Below are positions 18,607-28,728 of a DNA stretch of 64,000 nucleotides, one piece after another. The notes below the pieces were generated by a model that was not told the origin of the DNA, made no database searches, and saw only the letters and a program-made list of their open reading frames with translations. Both the position numbers and the translations under genes were made by a program. The stretch covers positions 8,799 to 72,798 of the forward strand of contig CACKXV010000002.1 in assembly GCA_902604225.1 (NCBI GenBank). Direction: 5' to 3'. This DNA comes from an uncultured Pelagibacteraceae bacterium (GTDB taxonomy: Bacteria; Pseudomonadota; Alphaproteobacteria; Pelagibacterales; AG-422-B15). The number at the start of each line of letters is the position of its first letter. Position 1 is the first letter of the stretch.

Positions 18607-19479
18607 CTATTGTGCTGATATTCCTCTTATTCTTTCCGATCTTCTTCGTAATAATTCTGTTACGATCAGAATTAATGTTGAAAGAACAATTAAGCAAGTA
18701 GCTACAGCCATAATTGTTGGACTAAGCTGCTCTCTTAATCCTGTCCACATCTGAAGAGGTATAGTTGTTAAGTTCCTATCGCCTCCAGCAACGAATAAGA
18801 TCACGACTATTTCATCAAATGATGTAACGAATGCAAACAGTGCACCTGAAATAATTCCTGGTGTAATGAGCGGTAGTGTAATTTTAAAAAATGTATTGGT
18901 TGGTGTACTGCCAAGACTTGATGCAGCTCTTGTAATACTGTCATCAAAACCACTTAAGGTAGCAGTTACAGTAATGACAACAAATGGAGTTCCTAAAATT
19001 ATATGAGCGATTACTATGCCAGGAAACGTTGCTGCAAGACCTAATTTAGCAAGTGAAAAGAAGATTGCTGAGCCAGAAATGATTAGTGGGATGATCATTG
19101 GTGAAATTAAAATACTCATAATCAATTGTTTGTAAGGCATGTAACGACTGCTGAGCCCAAGAGCAGCAACAGTCCCTAAAACTGTAGCACCTATCGTTGC
19201 GAAAAAGGCATAATAGATGCTGTTCCGAGCAGCTATTCCCCATGGATTTTTGGTACCATAGACCATATCTTCATACCATCTAAGCGAGAATGCTTCAGGT
19301 TGAAGAGCTAGCATCCCATCAGAAAAATGAATGTATTGCTCTGCATTAAATGAAAGAGGAATGATGACAAATAGTGGGGCAATTAGAAAAAAGAAAACGG
19401 CAGTACAAATAATAATATATGAGTAATGCCAGACCCTGTATCTTGTTTCAGTATATTTAGGTAAAGCCATCTTAACCAA
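18607..19479 (-). CDS. ABC importer permease (PotC/PotI-like)
   Basis: About 6 TM. Binding-protein-dependent transport EAA-type loop AASSLGSTPTNTFFKITLPL. Confidence 0.85.
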   Translation of the reverse strand: MVKMALPKYTETRYRVWHYSYIIICTAVFFFLIAPLFVIIPLSFNAEQYIHFSDGMLALQPEAFSLRWYEDMVYGTKNPWGIAARNSIYYAFFATIGATVLGTVAALGLSSRYMPYKQLIMSILISPMIIPLIISGSAIFFSLAKLGLAATFPGIVIAHIILGTPFVVITVTATLSGFDDSITRAASSLGSTPTNTFFKITLPLITPGIISGALFAFVTSFDEIVVILFVAGGDRNLTTIPLQMWTGLREQLSPTIMAVATCLIVLSTLILIVTELLRRRSERIRGISAQ

Positions 19480-20719
19480 GCCTCATGTTATCAATGCCTA
19501 CAATTTTGTTGTATAGCCAATAAACTATTAAAACGGCTATCAATAAAACAGCTGCCATTGCAGTTGCTAAAGACCAATCAAGTGATTGCTGCATATGATA
19601 TGCAATTCTATTACTAATTAAAGTTCCTTTAGCACCCCCAACTAATGCAGGTGTGATGTAATATCCGATTGAAAGAACAAAAACTAAAATTGATCCTGCA
19701 CTTATGCCAGCATATGTGAGTGGAAAGTAAATTTTTCTGAATGCAAGGAAAGGAGTAGCCCCCATCGAAGTTGCAGCTCTCATTAAACTTGGTGGTATAG
19801 TTTTCATAACGCTATAAAGTGGAAGAACCATAAATGGTAAAAGAATTTGTGTCATCGCGATAAATGTACCTGTCATGTTGTACATTAATTCAAGCCTTCC
19901 TTCGTCTGCAACGATACCGAGAGAAACAAGAGTATCATTTAAGACCCCCTGTTTTTGTAGCAGGACCATCCAACTAGATGTTCGCACTAAAAGAGACGTC
20001 CAAAATGGAAGCAGCACGCAGATCATCAGTAAATTTGAATAACGCGTGGGTAATACAGAGAGTAAATGAGAAATTGGATAGGCTAGCAAGAAACAGCAGA
20101 ACGTAACACCGGCTGCAACAAAAATAGTTCTTAACCAGAGAGTAACATTTATTCGTTTCTTTTCAGGTATTCGTTCAATCGAGCCATCAAATTTTTGTTC
20201 GTAGTCAAACGTAGTTAAATATTTTCGGAAATGATAAGCATCCGTTCCTCTTTTGAGAGCAAGCCAGTATTCAACATCACCCCATTTTTTATGAACATCA
20301 ATAAACTGATCAAGAAAATTTTCATTTTCATCGAAATCTTTAAGTTTTCGTGCTGTTTTTTTTATAAGGCTTGTGAAACCTCCTTTTTCATAATTGAGTC
20401 TTGTCGCTATTTTACCGTGATTTTTTTCTTCTACCAATCCTTTGAGTTCATAAAAGAATGTTGAGGTTACATCTTCCCCGGGCATTTCAGTCCCATCCCA
20501 AGTTTGCATAATTACGTGAGTCTCACTTAAAAATTCATTCATCTGAACGTTATCGATGCTTCTTCCAAGCATTTGAAATATCGGTATCACGTAGGCAAAT
20601 ACGATAAAGAAAAGTAAGGGAGCAGCCAATAAAAACGCTGTAGTTCTTCGTCTTCGTTCAACTTTTCTGAGTTTTACAGAGAGGAGCTCTCCGTCCGATG
20701 TTCTAATTTCTGCTGACAT
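19472..20719 (-). CDS. ABC importer permease (PotB/PotH-like) with a large extra loop after TM1
   Basis: EAA loop AATSMGATPFLAFRKIYFPL. 415 aa versus my recollection of under 300 aa for this family. The extra hydrophilic segment is about 150 aa. Confidence 0.85.
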   Translation of the reverse strand: MSAEIRTSDGELLSVKLRKVERRRRTTAFLLAAPLLFFIVFAYVIPIFQMLGRSIDNVQMNEFLSETHVIMQTWDGTEMPGEDVTSTFFYELKGLVEEKNHGKIATRLNYEKGGFTSLIKKTARKLKDFDENENFLDQFIDVHKKWGDVEYWLALKRGTDAYHFRKYLTTFDYEQKFDGSIERIPEKKRINVTLWLRTIFVAAGVTFCCFLLAYPISHLLSVLPTRYSNLLMICVLLPFWTSLLVRTSSWMVLLQKQGVLNDTLVSLGIVADEGRLELMYNMTGTFIAMTQILLPFMVLPLYSVMKTIPPSLMRAATSMGATPFLAFRKIYFPLTYAGISAGSILVFVLSIGYYITPALVGGAKGTLISNRIAYHMQQSLDWSLATAMAAVLLIAVLIVYWLYNKIVGIDNMRLG

Positions 20720-20746
20720 TAAGTATGAGGATACTTAATTTAAAGG

Positions 20747-20774
20747 ACTTGGGCAACCCATAGGTTGCCCAAGT
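20747..20774 (-). promoter_or_regulatory. intercistronic GC-rich stem-loop between the binding-protein gene and the permease genes
   Basis: Perfect 12-bp inverted repeat ACTTGGGCAACC / GGTTGCCCAAGT with a 4-nt loop (CATA), in the 64-nt gap of the minus-strand operon. No strong U-tract on the minus strand. Confidence 0.5.
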
Positions 20775-20783
20775 TTTAGTCTC

Positions 20784-21905
20784 TTATAAGTTAGCTTTCC
20801 AAGCTTCCCATGCGTCGTTGATATCAGTATTGTTATCAGCGTACCACTCTGGGTTCATAAGAACATAGTTCTTAGTGTTTGCTGGAGCTGTAGGCATGTG
20901 AGGCATAATCTCAACTGCACCTGCTTGAGGTGAATTAAACCACGGCTCATCAGCCATGATTATGTCAAGAGATGAGATTCTGAAAGGTGCGTAAGCAATA
21001 TGCTTTGCACTTCCAGCCAATCCTTCAGAGCTTGTGAAGTATTTCAATGCTTCCATTGCTTCAGCTTGGTTTGGACCACCTTTTACAAGTACGAAGTACT
21101 CATAATCAAGAATTTGACCATCCCACACCATTTTCATAGGTGAACCCTCGTTCACAATAGCGTTGAAATGACGTCCGTTCCAACCAGTAGCCATAATAGC
21201 TTCACCAGAAACTAACTGCTCAGGCGGTTGTGCACCAGCTGACCAAAAGATGCAACCACCTTTAGGGTCGTTACAAAGTTCTGAAAGCTTATCAAGAGCT
21301 CTATCGATTCCATTTTCTTCCATGTATTCATACACTTCACCTCCTGGAACACCATCTGCAACTAGAGCAAACTCAAGGTTTGACATTGCAGAGCTATAAA
21401 GAGATCTTACTCCTGGATATTTGCTTGGATTGAAGAAGTCTTCCATTGAGTCAGGATAACTTCCGTCAAAATTTATGTTATCAGTGTTGTAAGCGTAGTT
21501 CCATGAGTAAAGAATGTTACCCACAGCACAGTCACTTGGCATTGGAGCAAAGAAGTCGTCACTTGCTTTCATGCCATTTACACCTGCTGGGAAGTCATTG
21601 TCGAAATCAAATTCTACAAACAATCCTTCGTCACAACCGATAATTGTATCACGTGCATACACATCGATGATGTCCCAAGTAATTGCTCCAGACTCGACTT
21701 GAGCTTTAATTTCACTCAAACCTCCACTGTAGTCAATCCAGTTTATTTGAACACCACTCTTTTCTTGATATGGGTCCCCATAACCGAGTTTTTGACTTTC
21801 AGTATAAGCACCACCCCATGATACTACATTTACTTCCGCAGCTGTAGCCATTGTAGGTGCCACCAATAAAGCAGCCAAAGACATTATTTTTGTTAATCTT
21901 AACAT
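20784..21905 (-). CDS. periplasmic substrate-binding protein, PotD/PotF (polyamine/amine) family
   Basis: Signal peptide ..LLVAPTMATA/AE. VNVVSWGGAYTESQ start typical of PotF-type SBPs. Co-oriented with the PotA/B/C-like genes. Confidence 0.85.
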   Translation of the reverse strand: MLRLTKIMSLAALLVAPTMATAAEVNVVSWGGAYTESQKLGYGDPYQEKSGVQINWIDYSGGLSEIKAQVESGAITWDIIDVYARDTIIGCDEGLFVEFDFDNDFPAGVNGMKASDDFFAPMPSDCAVGNILYSWNYAYNTDNINFDGSYPDSMEDFFNPSKYPGVRSLYSSAMSNLEFALVADGVPGGEVYEYMEENGIDRALDKLSELCNDPKGGCIFWSAGAQPPEQLVSGEAIMATGWNGRHFNAIVNEGSPMKMVWDGQILDYEYFVLVKGGPNQAEAMEALKYFTSSEGLAGSAKHIAYAPFRISSLDIIMADEPWFNSPQAGAVEIMPHMPTAPANTKNYVLMNPEWYADNNTDINDAWEAWKANL

Positions 21906-22027
21906 GATTAATCGTCTCCTTTTTTTATATAAAGAAGATATTACATAGGGGCTTTAACAAAAACGCAACAAAAAAAGGTAAATTTTTTCAATATTTTAGG
22001 ATTGAATCTATATGTAGTATCAAAGGT

Positions 22028-23116
22028 TTAGTAATCTAGTGCTCGACAGTCCTGAGAAGACCAACCTAAATTTACTTTGTCACCAAGATTAAGCTTTGAA
22101 TTACTACTCGCGTTTGGAACTTTAAGAATAAAATCATCATTGCCCAGCAAATTCACACGCACTCTTGTATGATCTCCATGGTAAATGATTTCTTTTATTT
22201 CAGCTTCAAATCGATTTTCAATTTGCTCAGTCGGATTTATGTTAACCCTTTCAGGTCGAAGTGAAATTCTTGATTTTTCACCAGCAGAAGATACTGCTAT
22301 TGGGTTTGCTATTATTATCTCGCCTGTATTTGTCTCAACTTTTGCAGTGCCAGAAGCTAATTCTTTTACAGTTCCGGTAAATGTATTGTTTTCCCCAATA
22401 AAGCTAGCAACAAAAGAATTAACCGGTGTTTCATATAATTCATTCGGACCAGAAAGCTGTTGAACCTTACCGTCATTAAAGACAGCAATTCTGTTAGACA
22501 TAGTTAACGCTTCACCTTGATCGTGAGTGACATATACGACTGTAACCCCCAGTGTTTCATGAATATGTTTTAGTTCGTATTGCATACTCTCACGTAAGTT
22601 TTTGTCTAACGCGCCTAAAGGTTCATCCATTAAAACTAATTTAGGATCAAATACCAATGCTCTTGCAACAGCAACGCGTTGCTGCTGACCACCAGATAGT
22701 TGTGCAGGCATTCTATTTTCAAAGCCCGTTAGTGAAACCATTTTTAAGGTTTTATTTATACGTTCTTCAATTTCTGCCTTATCAATTTTTCTGACTTTCA
22801 ATGGAAATGCTAAATTTTCAAATACTGATAGATGCGGAAAAAGAGCGTAGTTCTGAAAAACCATACCAATACCTCTTTTGTGAGGAGGTATATTATTGAT
22901 TGGATTGCCATCAAAATAAATCTCCCCATTAGTAGGCGTTTCAAAGCCTGCAAGCATCATCAATGTAGTTGTTTTACCAGAACCTGAAGGCCCTAATAAA
23001 GTTAAAAACTCCCCTTCAGCAATATCAAGGTCTAGACCTTTTACGACCAGTTCTTTACCGTCATAACTTTTGTCAACTTGTTCAAATTTTACAAAATCTG
23101 ACTTTTTTCCACTCAT
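22028..23116 (-). CDS. ABC importer ATP-binding protein (PotA-like)
   Basis: Walker A GPSGSGKTT, signature LSGGQQQRVAVARAL, Walker B LVLMDEPLGALD. C-terminal TOBE-like domain. Confidence 0.92.
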   Translation of the reverse strand: MSGKKSDFVKFEQVDKSYDGKELVVKGLDLDIAEGEFLTLLGPSGSGKTTTLMMLAGFETPTNGEIYFDGNPINNIPPHKRGIGMVFQNYALFPHLSVFENLAFPLKVRKIDKAEIEERINKTLKMVSLTGFENRMPAQLSGGQQQRVAVARALVFDPKLVLMDEPLGALDKNLRESMQYELKHIHETLGVTVVYVTHDQGEALTMSNRIAVFNDGKVQQLSGPNELYETPVNSFVASFIGENNTFTGTVKELASGTAKVETNTGEIIIANPIAVSSAGEKSRISLRPERVNINPTEQIENRFEAEIKEIIYHGDHTRVRVNLLGNDDFILKVPNASSNSKLNLGDKVNLGWSSQDCRALDY

Positions 23117-23234
23117 GATTTCAGACTAAGGTAAAAATAGTTGGGAATCTAGGGTTATTTAAACTAAATTAATCAATGATAAAAATTATAATAAAGTTCG
23201 TTAATTAGCCAAAACAAGATATTACAAAGTACTA

Positions 23235-24668
23235 ATGAAAAAATATCAGCATTACATAAATGGAGAGTGGGTTGACTCAACAGGAAGCGAAACTATTGCC
23301 GTTGTCAATCCTGCAACAGAAGAAGTAATAGGAGAAATTTCAGCTGCTAATAAAGATGATATTGACCAGGCTGTTGCAGCAGCAAAAGTAGCTTATGAGT
23401 CACGAGTGCTTGTCGACATGAATCCTATGGAGAGAGCAAAATTAATGCGTAGCATTGCTGATGAATTAAGAAAGATCAGCAAAGATGGTGGCGCATTATT
23501 GTGTGAAGAGAATGGAAAATTATTGGCTGCGTCTGAGTATGAATTTTTGGATGCGGCAAACTATTTTGACTATTACAGTGGATTGACTGATAAAATTGAA
23601 GGCCAAACCATACCAGTAAATAATCAGGTGATGGATTATACTTTGTATGAACCTTATGGTGTTTCAGGTCATATTGTTCCTTGGAATTTTCCTATTTCAA
23701 TGTTGGCACGTTCTCTAGCCTGTTCATTTGCTGCGGGAAATTCAACAGTTATAAAACCAGCTGAGTTAACTCCTCTAGCAACTACATCATTTTTCGCACA
23801 GGCTGTTCACAATGCCGGGGTACCAAAGGGACTTATTAATATAGTCACTGGATATGGTATTGAGGCAGGAGCTGCTTTGACATCAAATCTAGATGTTGCT
23901 CAAATCACATTCACGGGATCTGTGAAAACTGGAAAGATAATACTTCATGCAGCTGCAGAAAGAGCAGTACCAGCTGTAGTAGAGCTAGGTGGTAAATCAG
24001 CTGCCGTTATATTACCTGATGCTGATATAGATAAAGTTGTTAATGCAACAAAAGTTGGAATATTTAGTCAGGCTGGACAAATATGTTCTGCAATGTCACG
24101 CATGATTGTTCATAAGTCTATTAAAGATGAGGTATTAGATAAGCTATCGGAATTAGCTAAATCAATAAAAGTTGGACCAGGTAATGAAGAAGGTGTTGAC
24201 CTAACACCTGTAATATCAGAAGAACAGCTTCAAAAAGTAGAGAACTATGCAAGATCGGGTTTACAAGCTGGAGCCACAGCAATATCAGGAGGCAATCGAG
24301 TTGATCGAAAAGGGTATTTCTTTGAGCCGACAATTTACGCAGACGTTAGGCCAGATATGACCATCGCTCAAGAAGAAATATTCGGCCCATTCCTATCTGT
24401 GCTTGATTATGAAGATCATGAAGAAGCAATCCATATTGCAAATGATACAGACTACGGTTTAGCGGCAGGTGTATTTACAAAAGATGTAGATATGGCAACG
24501 AAGACAGCAGCTAAGCTTAATGGTGGACAAGTCTATGTGAACAGCTGGTTTACAGGCAGTATTGCAACACCTTTTGGTGGGTATAAACAATCAGGCTATA
24601 GTCGTGAAAAAGGTCAGCAAGCTATAAAGAGCTATTTGCAATTAAAGAATGTTGGAATTCAACTTTAA
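23235..24668 (+). CDS. NAD(P)+-dependent aldehyde dehydrogenase
   Basis: ALDH motifs VELGGKSA (catalytic Glu) and FSQAGQICSAMSR (catalytic Cys). 477 aa. Confidence 0.92.
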   Translation: MKKYQHYINGEWVDSTGSETIAVVNPATEEVIGEISAANKDDIDQAVAAAKVAYESRVLVDMNPMERAKLMRSIADELRKISKDGGALLCEENGKLLAASEYEFLDAANYFDYYSGLTDKIEGQTIPVNNQVMDYTLYEPYGVSGHIVPWNFPISMLARSLACSFAAGNSTVIKPAELTPLATTSFFAQAVHNAGVPKGLINIVTGYGIEAGAALTSNLDVAQITFTGSVKTGKIILHAAAERAVPAVVELGGKSAAVILPDADIDKVVNATKVGIFSQAGQICSAMSRMIVHKSIKDEVLDKLSELAKSIKVGPGNEEGVDLTPVISEEQLQKVENYARSGLQAGATAISGGNRVDRKGYFFEPTIYADVRPDMTIAQEEIFGPFLSVLDYEDHEEAIHIANDTDYGLAAGVFTKDVDMATKTAAKLNGGQVYVNSWFTGSIATPFGGYKQSGYSREKGQQAIKSYLQLKNVGIQL

Positions 24669-25283
24669 TTAATCATTATCTTCAAGTCCAGCACCAGCGG
24701 CCGTACTTTTCAATTTTTCATTTTCTTCAACAAAGGTATCTGTTGATAATGCATATAGCTCATCCCAGACTTCTTGGGTGAATGAGTCATCATTTTCAAA
24801 TGTAGACACTTTAATATTTTTAGCTTTTTCTATTACTAGGGAATTAACATCGCTATCACTAAACATATACTTATCTAAATTAAATCTAAATACATGCTCA
24901 TCTATATTTATACTTACTCTTTTGCCAATTAGAAACGACAGTCTGCTTATAAAGGGAATCATAAGAAGAGGGTAGCTTACATTAAAAAAATTGATTTCCT
25001 TTAAAAGTTCTACTTTTTTAAAATCATCTATAAGGCATACCCCAGTTAGGATTGGACAAAGGCATTCATTATCAATTTTATTTTGCAATTCTATGGCATT
25101 TGGACCAATTGGTGTTTTCTTTTGTATATCTTTTAAATATGATTTTAAATTTTCTATACCTGCGATTCCTATCAATTCCAATATATCAATATTTTTTCCA
25201 ACTTCTTCAGCCACACCCCATGAGTACCCCGCAGCTTTAGTAGCTCTTTTTGATACTGTAATGATTTCGCTCGAGGACCTCAT
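24669..25283 (-). CDS. hypothetical protein (possibly DUF3726-like)
   Basis: 204-aa ORF, last gene of a tightly spaced minus-strand operon (4-nt gap). The AAGYSWGVAEEVG segment vaguely recalls DUF3726. No catalytic motif recognised. Confidence 0.5.
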   Translation of the reverse strand: MRSSSEIITVSKRATKAAGYSWGVAEEVGKNIDILELIGIAGIENLKSYLKDIQKKTPIGPNAIELQNKIDNECLCPILTGVCLIDDFKKVELLKEINFFNVSYPLLMIPFISRLSFLIGKRVSINIDEHVFRFNLDKYMFSDSDVNSLVIEKAKNIKVSTFENDDSFTQEVWDELYALSTDTFVEENEKLKSTAAGAGLEDND

Positions 25284-25287
25284 AAAA

Positions 25288-26946
25288 TTATGAATAAATC
25301 CATCTGTCGTTAGTTTGACTTATCTCATTTATTAAAGGCGCTCCTTGATACATGCATATTCTCAACCACTTATCGGAACGTGGGTCAAATTTTTGCGCCC
25401 CAAAAAAAGATAACTTTAATCTCAGCATATCAATGGGCATTAAATTTGAACCAATTGAATTATCTTGAATTTCAGAGTATGGCAGCTTCTCAGCTATAAA
25501 GCATCTTCTTACCACATGTCTTAAATCGCTATTATTCCTCAAAAACTCTGACAAAATTTGGTCTTCAGGAACTTCCAAAAGACGGAAATACAGTGCATTT
25601 ATATCACGAGCTATGGCAAGAGGCTGTTCCAACTCAGATCCTTCGTCATCAAATCTATTCGCCAACCTAGGCTCTTCTTTATTTTTAGAAATAAACCAAA
25701 ATTTTTCATTTTGTTTATTTTTTGAGAAATCAATCTCAATTATATTTTTGTAACCTGTAGAAATTATATTCTTTAATTCACTTACTTTTTTATGAGTTGG
25801 AATGTTGAAATATAAATCTTCATCAGAACTCATTTTTGATATCAAAGGATTAATAATAGAGTCATAAGGCTCCATCATTAGAGAAATGATAAATTCAATA
25901 CCTTCAAAACTTAAATTCTTATCAATCCATTTATAAAGATGATTCCATAGATTTACTCTATCTACAGATAAGATTGAAAGATATTCACTTTCAAATTTTT
26001 TAATATCATTCCTTAATTCTTTAATTTTTTTTAATTGATATTCACTTTCTGTTTCCCAAGTATTAATCATATTTTTAGAAAGTTGGAGACATTCCTTAAA
26101 TATGTTTAGATCACTATCTTTTACTTTATTTATTTCTCTAATTTGTCTTAACGCATCTTCTTTAGCGAAAATCCACTGATGCAATAGAGATGGATGATTA
26201 ATAATAAAGGGAGCCATGCCAAGTCCTGTAGAATTTCCTATTCCAAGTTTACGTGCTATTGACTGGTCAAGTTTTACAGCTAGTTTAGGGTTATTCTTTT
26301 TTGCAATGTGATTTACTTGATCAAAAGTAAACTGACGCACTAAATAAACTAACATCATTTCAAGTCGAAAGGGACCATTAATTTCTTTGCGATCTTTAAT
26401 TCTATATCGATCAGCTAATCCAAATTTACCAGATCCATAAACTGCTGTGGTTCGATAAAGGTAGCCAACTCTTTTTATCAAAGATAAATCAGGTTGAACT
26501 CCATTTGAAAGTCTTTCAACAACATGATTAAAAATTCTTAAAGACTTATTTGCTCTCGATAATGTTAATTCTTTATAACTGCATCGACCTACTTCCTGCT
26601 TAGGAACATTCAATTTTAATCTTTGAATATCGTTTTCTGTTGGGACTCCATCGTGAAGGACAAATGCCGCATCCCATTTCGTAGCAATTACTCTGTCGGA
26701 TCTTTCAGAAGCATCAAGTTCATTAGCAAAGCAAATTAATGAGTAGGTACGACTATCTTTATTAACTGAATAAACGGCAGTTCCAAAACCTTGTTCATCA
26801 AGGTCAAACAAATCACGTTTAAATGTCCAACTTTTAAATTCTCTCACAAAACTTCTTAGAAATGATAGCTTTGTTTGATGAAATGAGCCTAATCGCTTAA
26901 GCGTCATGACATCATGAGGATTGCGGTGCTTAATTTGTTTATGCAT
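25288..26946 (-). CDS. uncharacterized 552-aa protein
   Basis: Long uninterrupted ORF, with its start sharing 1 nt with the stop of the upstream M19 gene (TAATG). No family motif that I can recognise. Confidence 0.6.
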   Translation of the reverse strand: MHKQIKHRNPHDVMTLKRLGSFHQTKLSFLRSFVREFKSWTFKRDLFDLDEQGFGTAVYSVNKDSRTYSLICFANELDASERSDRVIATKWDAAFVLHDGVPTENDIQRLKLNVPKQEVGRCSYKELTLSRANKSLRIFNHVVERLSNGVQPDLSLIKRVGYLYRTTAVYGSGKFGLADRYRIKDRKEINGPFRLEMMLVYLVRQFTFDQVNHIAKKNNPKLAVKLDQSIARKLGIGNSTGLGMAPFIINHPSLLHQWIFAKEDALRQIREINKVKDSDLNIFKECLQLSKNMINTWETESEYQLKKIKELRNDIKKFESEYLSILSVDRVNLWNHLYKWIDKNLSFEGIEFIISLMMEPYDSIINPLISKMSSDEDLYFNIPTHKKVSELKNIISTGYKNIIEIDFSKNKQNEKFWFISKNKEEPRLANRFDDEGSELEQPLAIARDINALYFRLLEVPEDQILSEFLRNNSDLRHVVRRCFIAEKLPYSEIQDNSIGSNLMPIDMLRLKLSFFGAQKFDPRSDKWLRICMYQGAPLINEISQTNDRWIYS

Positions 26947-27917
26947 TAATGAATATTCTCTTTATAAAAATTAAACCAGTTGTCACCTAATATTGCATCC
27001 ACTTCTTTATCATCAAAGCCAATTTCTTTTAAGCCTGTTTCAAGGTTGTTAAACCCTAATGTATTTTCAAACCAATCTGGCTGCCTAGGAAATGCTGCAT
27101 CACTTTTAGACCCTTCTCCATAATCCTTATTTTTTGTCCATGTACCATTTCTCATCCACTCAACAACAGAGTCAGGTTGATCAAGACATAAATCTGATCC
27201 AATGCCTACATGATCAATGCCCATGAGGTCTACAGTCCTTGCTGTCATTTCACAAAAACTTTTAAGAGTACAATTAGTTCCTCCAAGAAGATGGTGAGGA
27301 TAAAGTGAAAGACCAATAATCCCATTTGATTGACCAAGTGCTTTTAAAAGCTCATTTGACTTATTTCTTTTAGCTGGATGCCAAAAGTAGGGATTAGCAT
27401 GAGTGATGGCAATCGGTTTTTCTGAAATATTGATCGCATCCAACGTTGATTGTTCTGCCGAGTGTGACATATCTATAACTATTCCAACTCTATTCATTTC
27501 TCTAATGACTTCTCTACCCATTCGAGTAACACCACTGTCATTTTCTTCATAGCAACCTGTTGCGAGCAAAGATTGGTTATTGTATGTGAGCTGCATAAAC
27601 ACTGCTCCTAAATCATGCACAGCTTCAACGAGCTTAATATCGTCTTCAATGGGTGAACAATTTTGGAAACCAAAAAAGACAGCAGTTTTTTCTTCTTCTT
27701 TTGCTTTTTCTATATCTTTGTAGGTCCTTCCATGTATCAATAAATTATTAAATTCTTCAAAATAAGAGTTCCATTGCTCTACATTATTTTTTACTTCATC
27801 AAAATCCTCGTGATAAGCTATGGTTACATGAATTGCATTTAAACCCGCTTTATTATTGATTTTAAAAATTTCTTCTGACCAATTACAATATTGTAAATTA
27901 TCGATTCTATAGGTCAT
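26946..27917 (-). CDS. membrane-dipeptidase (peptidase M19, renal dipeptidase) family protein
   Basis: M19 landmarks HVTIAYHED, VIDMSHSAEQS, ITHANP, GIGSDL. Confidence 0.85.
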   Translation of the reverse strand: MTYRIDNLQYCNWSEEIFKINNKAGLNAIHVTIAYHEDFDEVKNNVEQWNSYFEEFNNLLIHGRTYKDIEKAKEEEKTAVFFGFQNCSPIEDDIKLVEAVHDLGAVFMQLTYNNQSLLATGCYEENDSGVTRMGREVIREMNRVGIVIDMSHSAEQSTLDAINISEKPIAITHANPYFWHPAKRNKSNELLKALGQSNGIIGLSLYPHHLLGGTNCTLKSFCEMTARTVDLMGIDHVGIGSDLCLDQPDSVVEWMRNGTWTKNKDYGEGSKSDAAFPRQPDWFENTLGFNNLETGLKEIGFDDKEVDAILGDNWFNFYKENIH

Positions 27918-28126
27918 ATAATTCTAATTTGTTGATCATAGTTTCTACTCATATACTATGAAAGTGTTGAGAGGGAAACAATGCTAACAAATTCAATTTT
28001 TGAGCAATTTCATTGATTTTTTGTAGATACTGCGACAATTTTGGCCCGATTCTCCATCTGAACTTCTTTCTTTCTTCATTTAAGATATTATATTCATTTA
28101 GATACTAATATTTTTGAAACTACATT

Positions 28127-28726
28127 ATGTACACGCCTATTAACCAATATATTGAGAGATTAGAAAATATCTCTTTTGATGTTGATGAATTGAACAAAGC
28201 TGTATCTGAACTTGTAAAAATCAGGCCGTTTGAGAATGAAAACATAAAACCAGGAATGCTAAAGTCCAATGCAATTTGTCTGAACTATGATGAAAAGGAA
28301 CTTGATGAGTGGTTTGGGGGCAATATCAGAGGTAAATATTGGACAAAGCCTGACTCTTCTTTTGAGGAAATGGAGCGCGAGCCATACATTGACGAAACTC
28401 GATATACACTATTCAATCCGAAGCTAAATAATACTTACTTTAAATATGTCTATGACAAAATTAATGAGTTCTTTGAAGTAGGAAGATGCAGAGTTATCAA
28501 AATGCCTCCAAGAACGACGCTGAGTTGGCACCGTGATCCTGAAAAACGTATTCACGTTGCAATTAAGACAAATTATGGCGCTAGAATGTTTATTGAGCAT
28601 ACAGGTCACCACATACCGGCTGACGGAAATATTTATCTAACTGATAATACTAAGTATCACACAGCTATCAATGGTGGTGAAGAAGATCGTATTCATTTAG
28701 TTGCAACGGTATTGGGTACAAAATAG
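28127..28726 (+). CDS. aspartyl/asparaginyl beta-hydroxylase-like cupin oxygenase
   Basis: LSWHRDPEKRIHVAIKTN..IPADGNIYLTDNTKYHTAINGGEEDRIHLV fits the AspH-family H-x-D...H metal site and surrounding pattern. Confidence 0.7.
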   Translation: MYTPINQYIERLENISFDVDELNKAVSELVKIRPFENENIKPGMLKSNAICLNYDEKELDEWFGGNIRGKYWTKPDSSFEEMEREPYIDETRYTLFNPKLNNTYFKYVYDKINEFFEVGRCRVIKMPPRTTLSWHRDPEKRIHVAIKTNYGARMFIEHTGHHIPADGNIYLTDNTKYHTAINGGEEDRIHLVATVLGTK

Positions 28727-28728
28727 TT

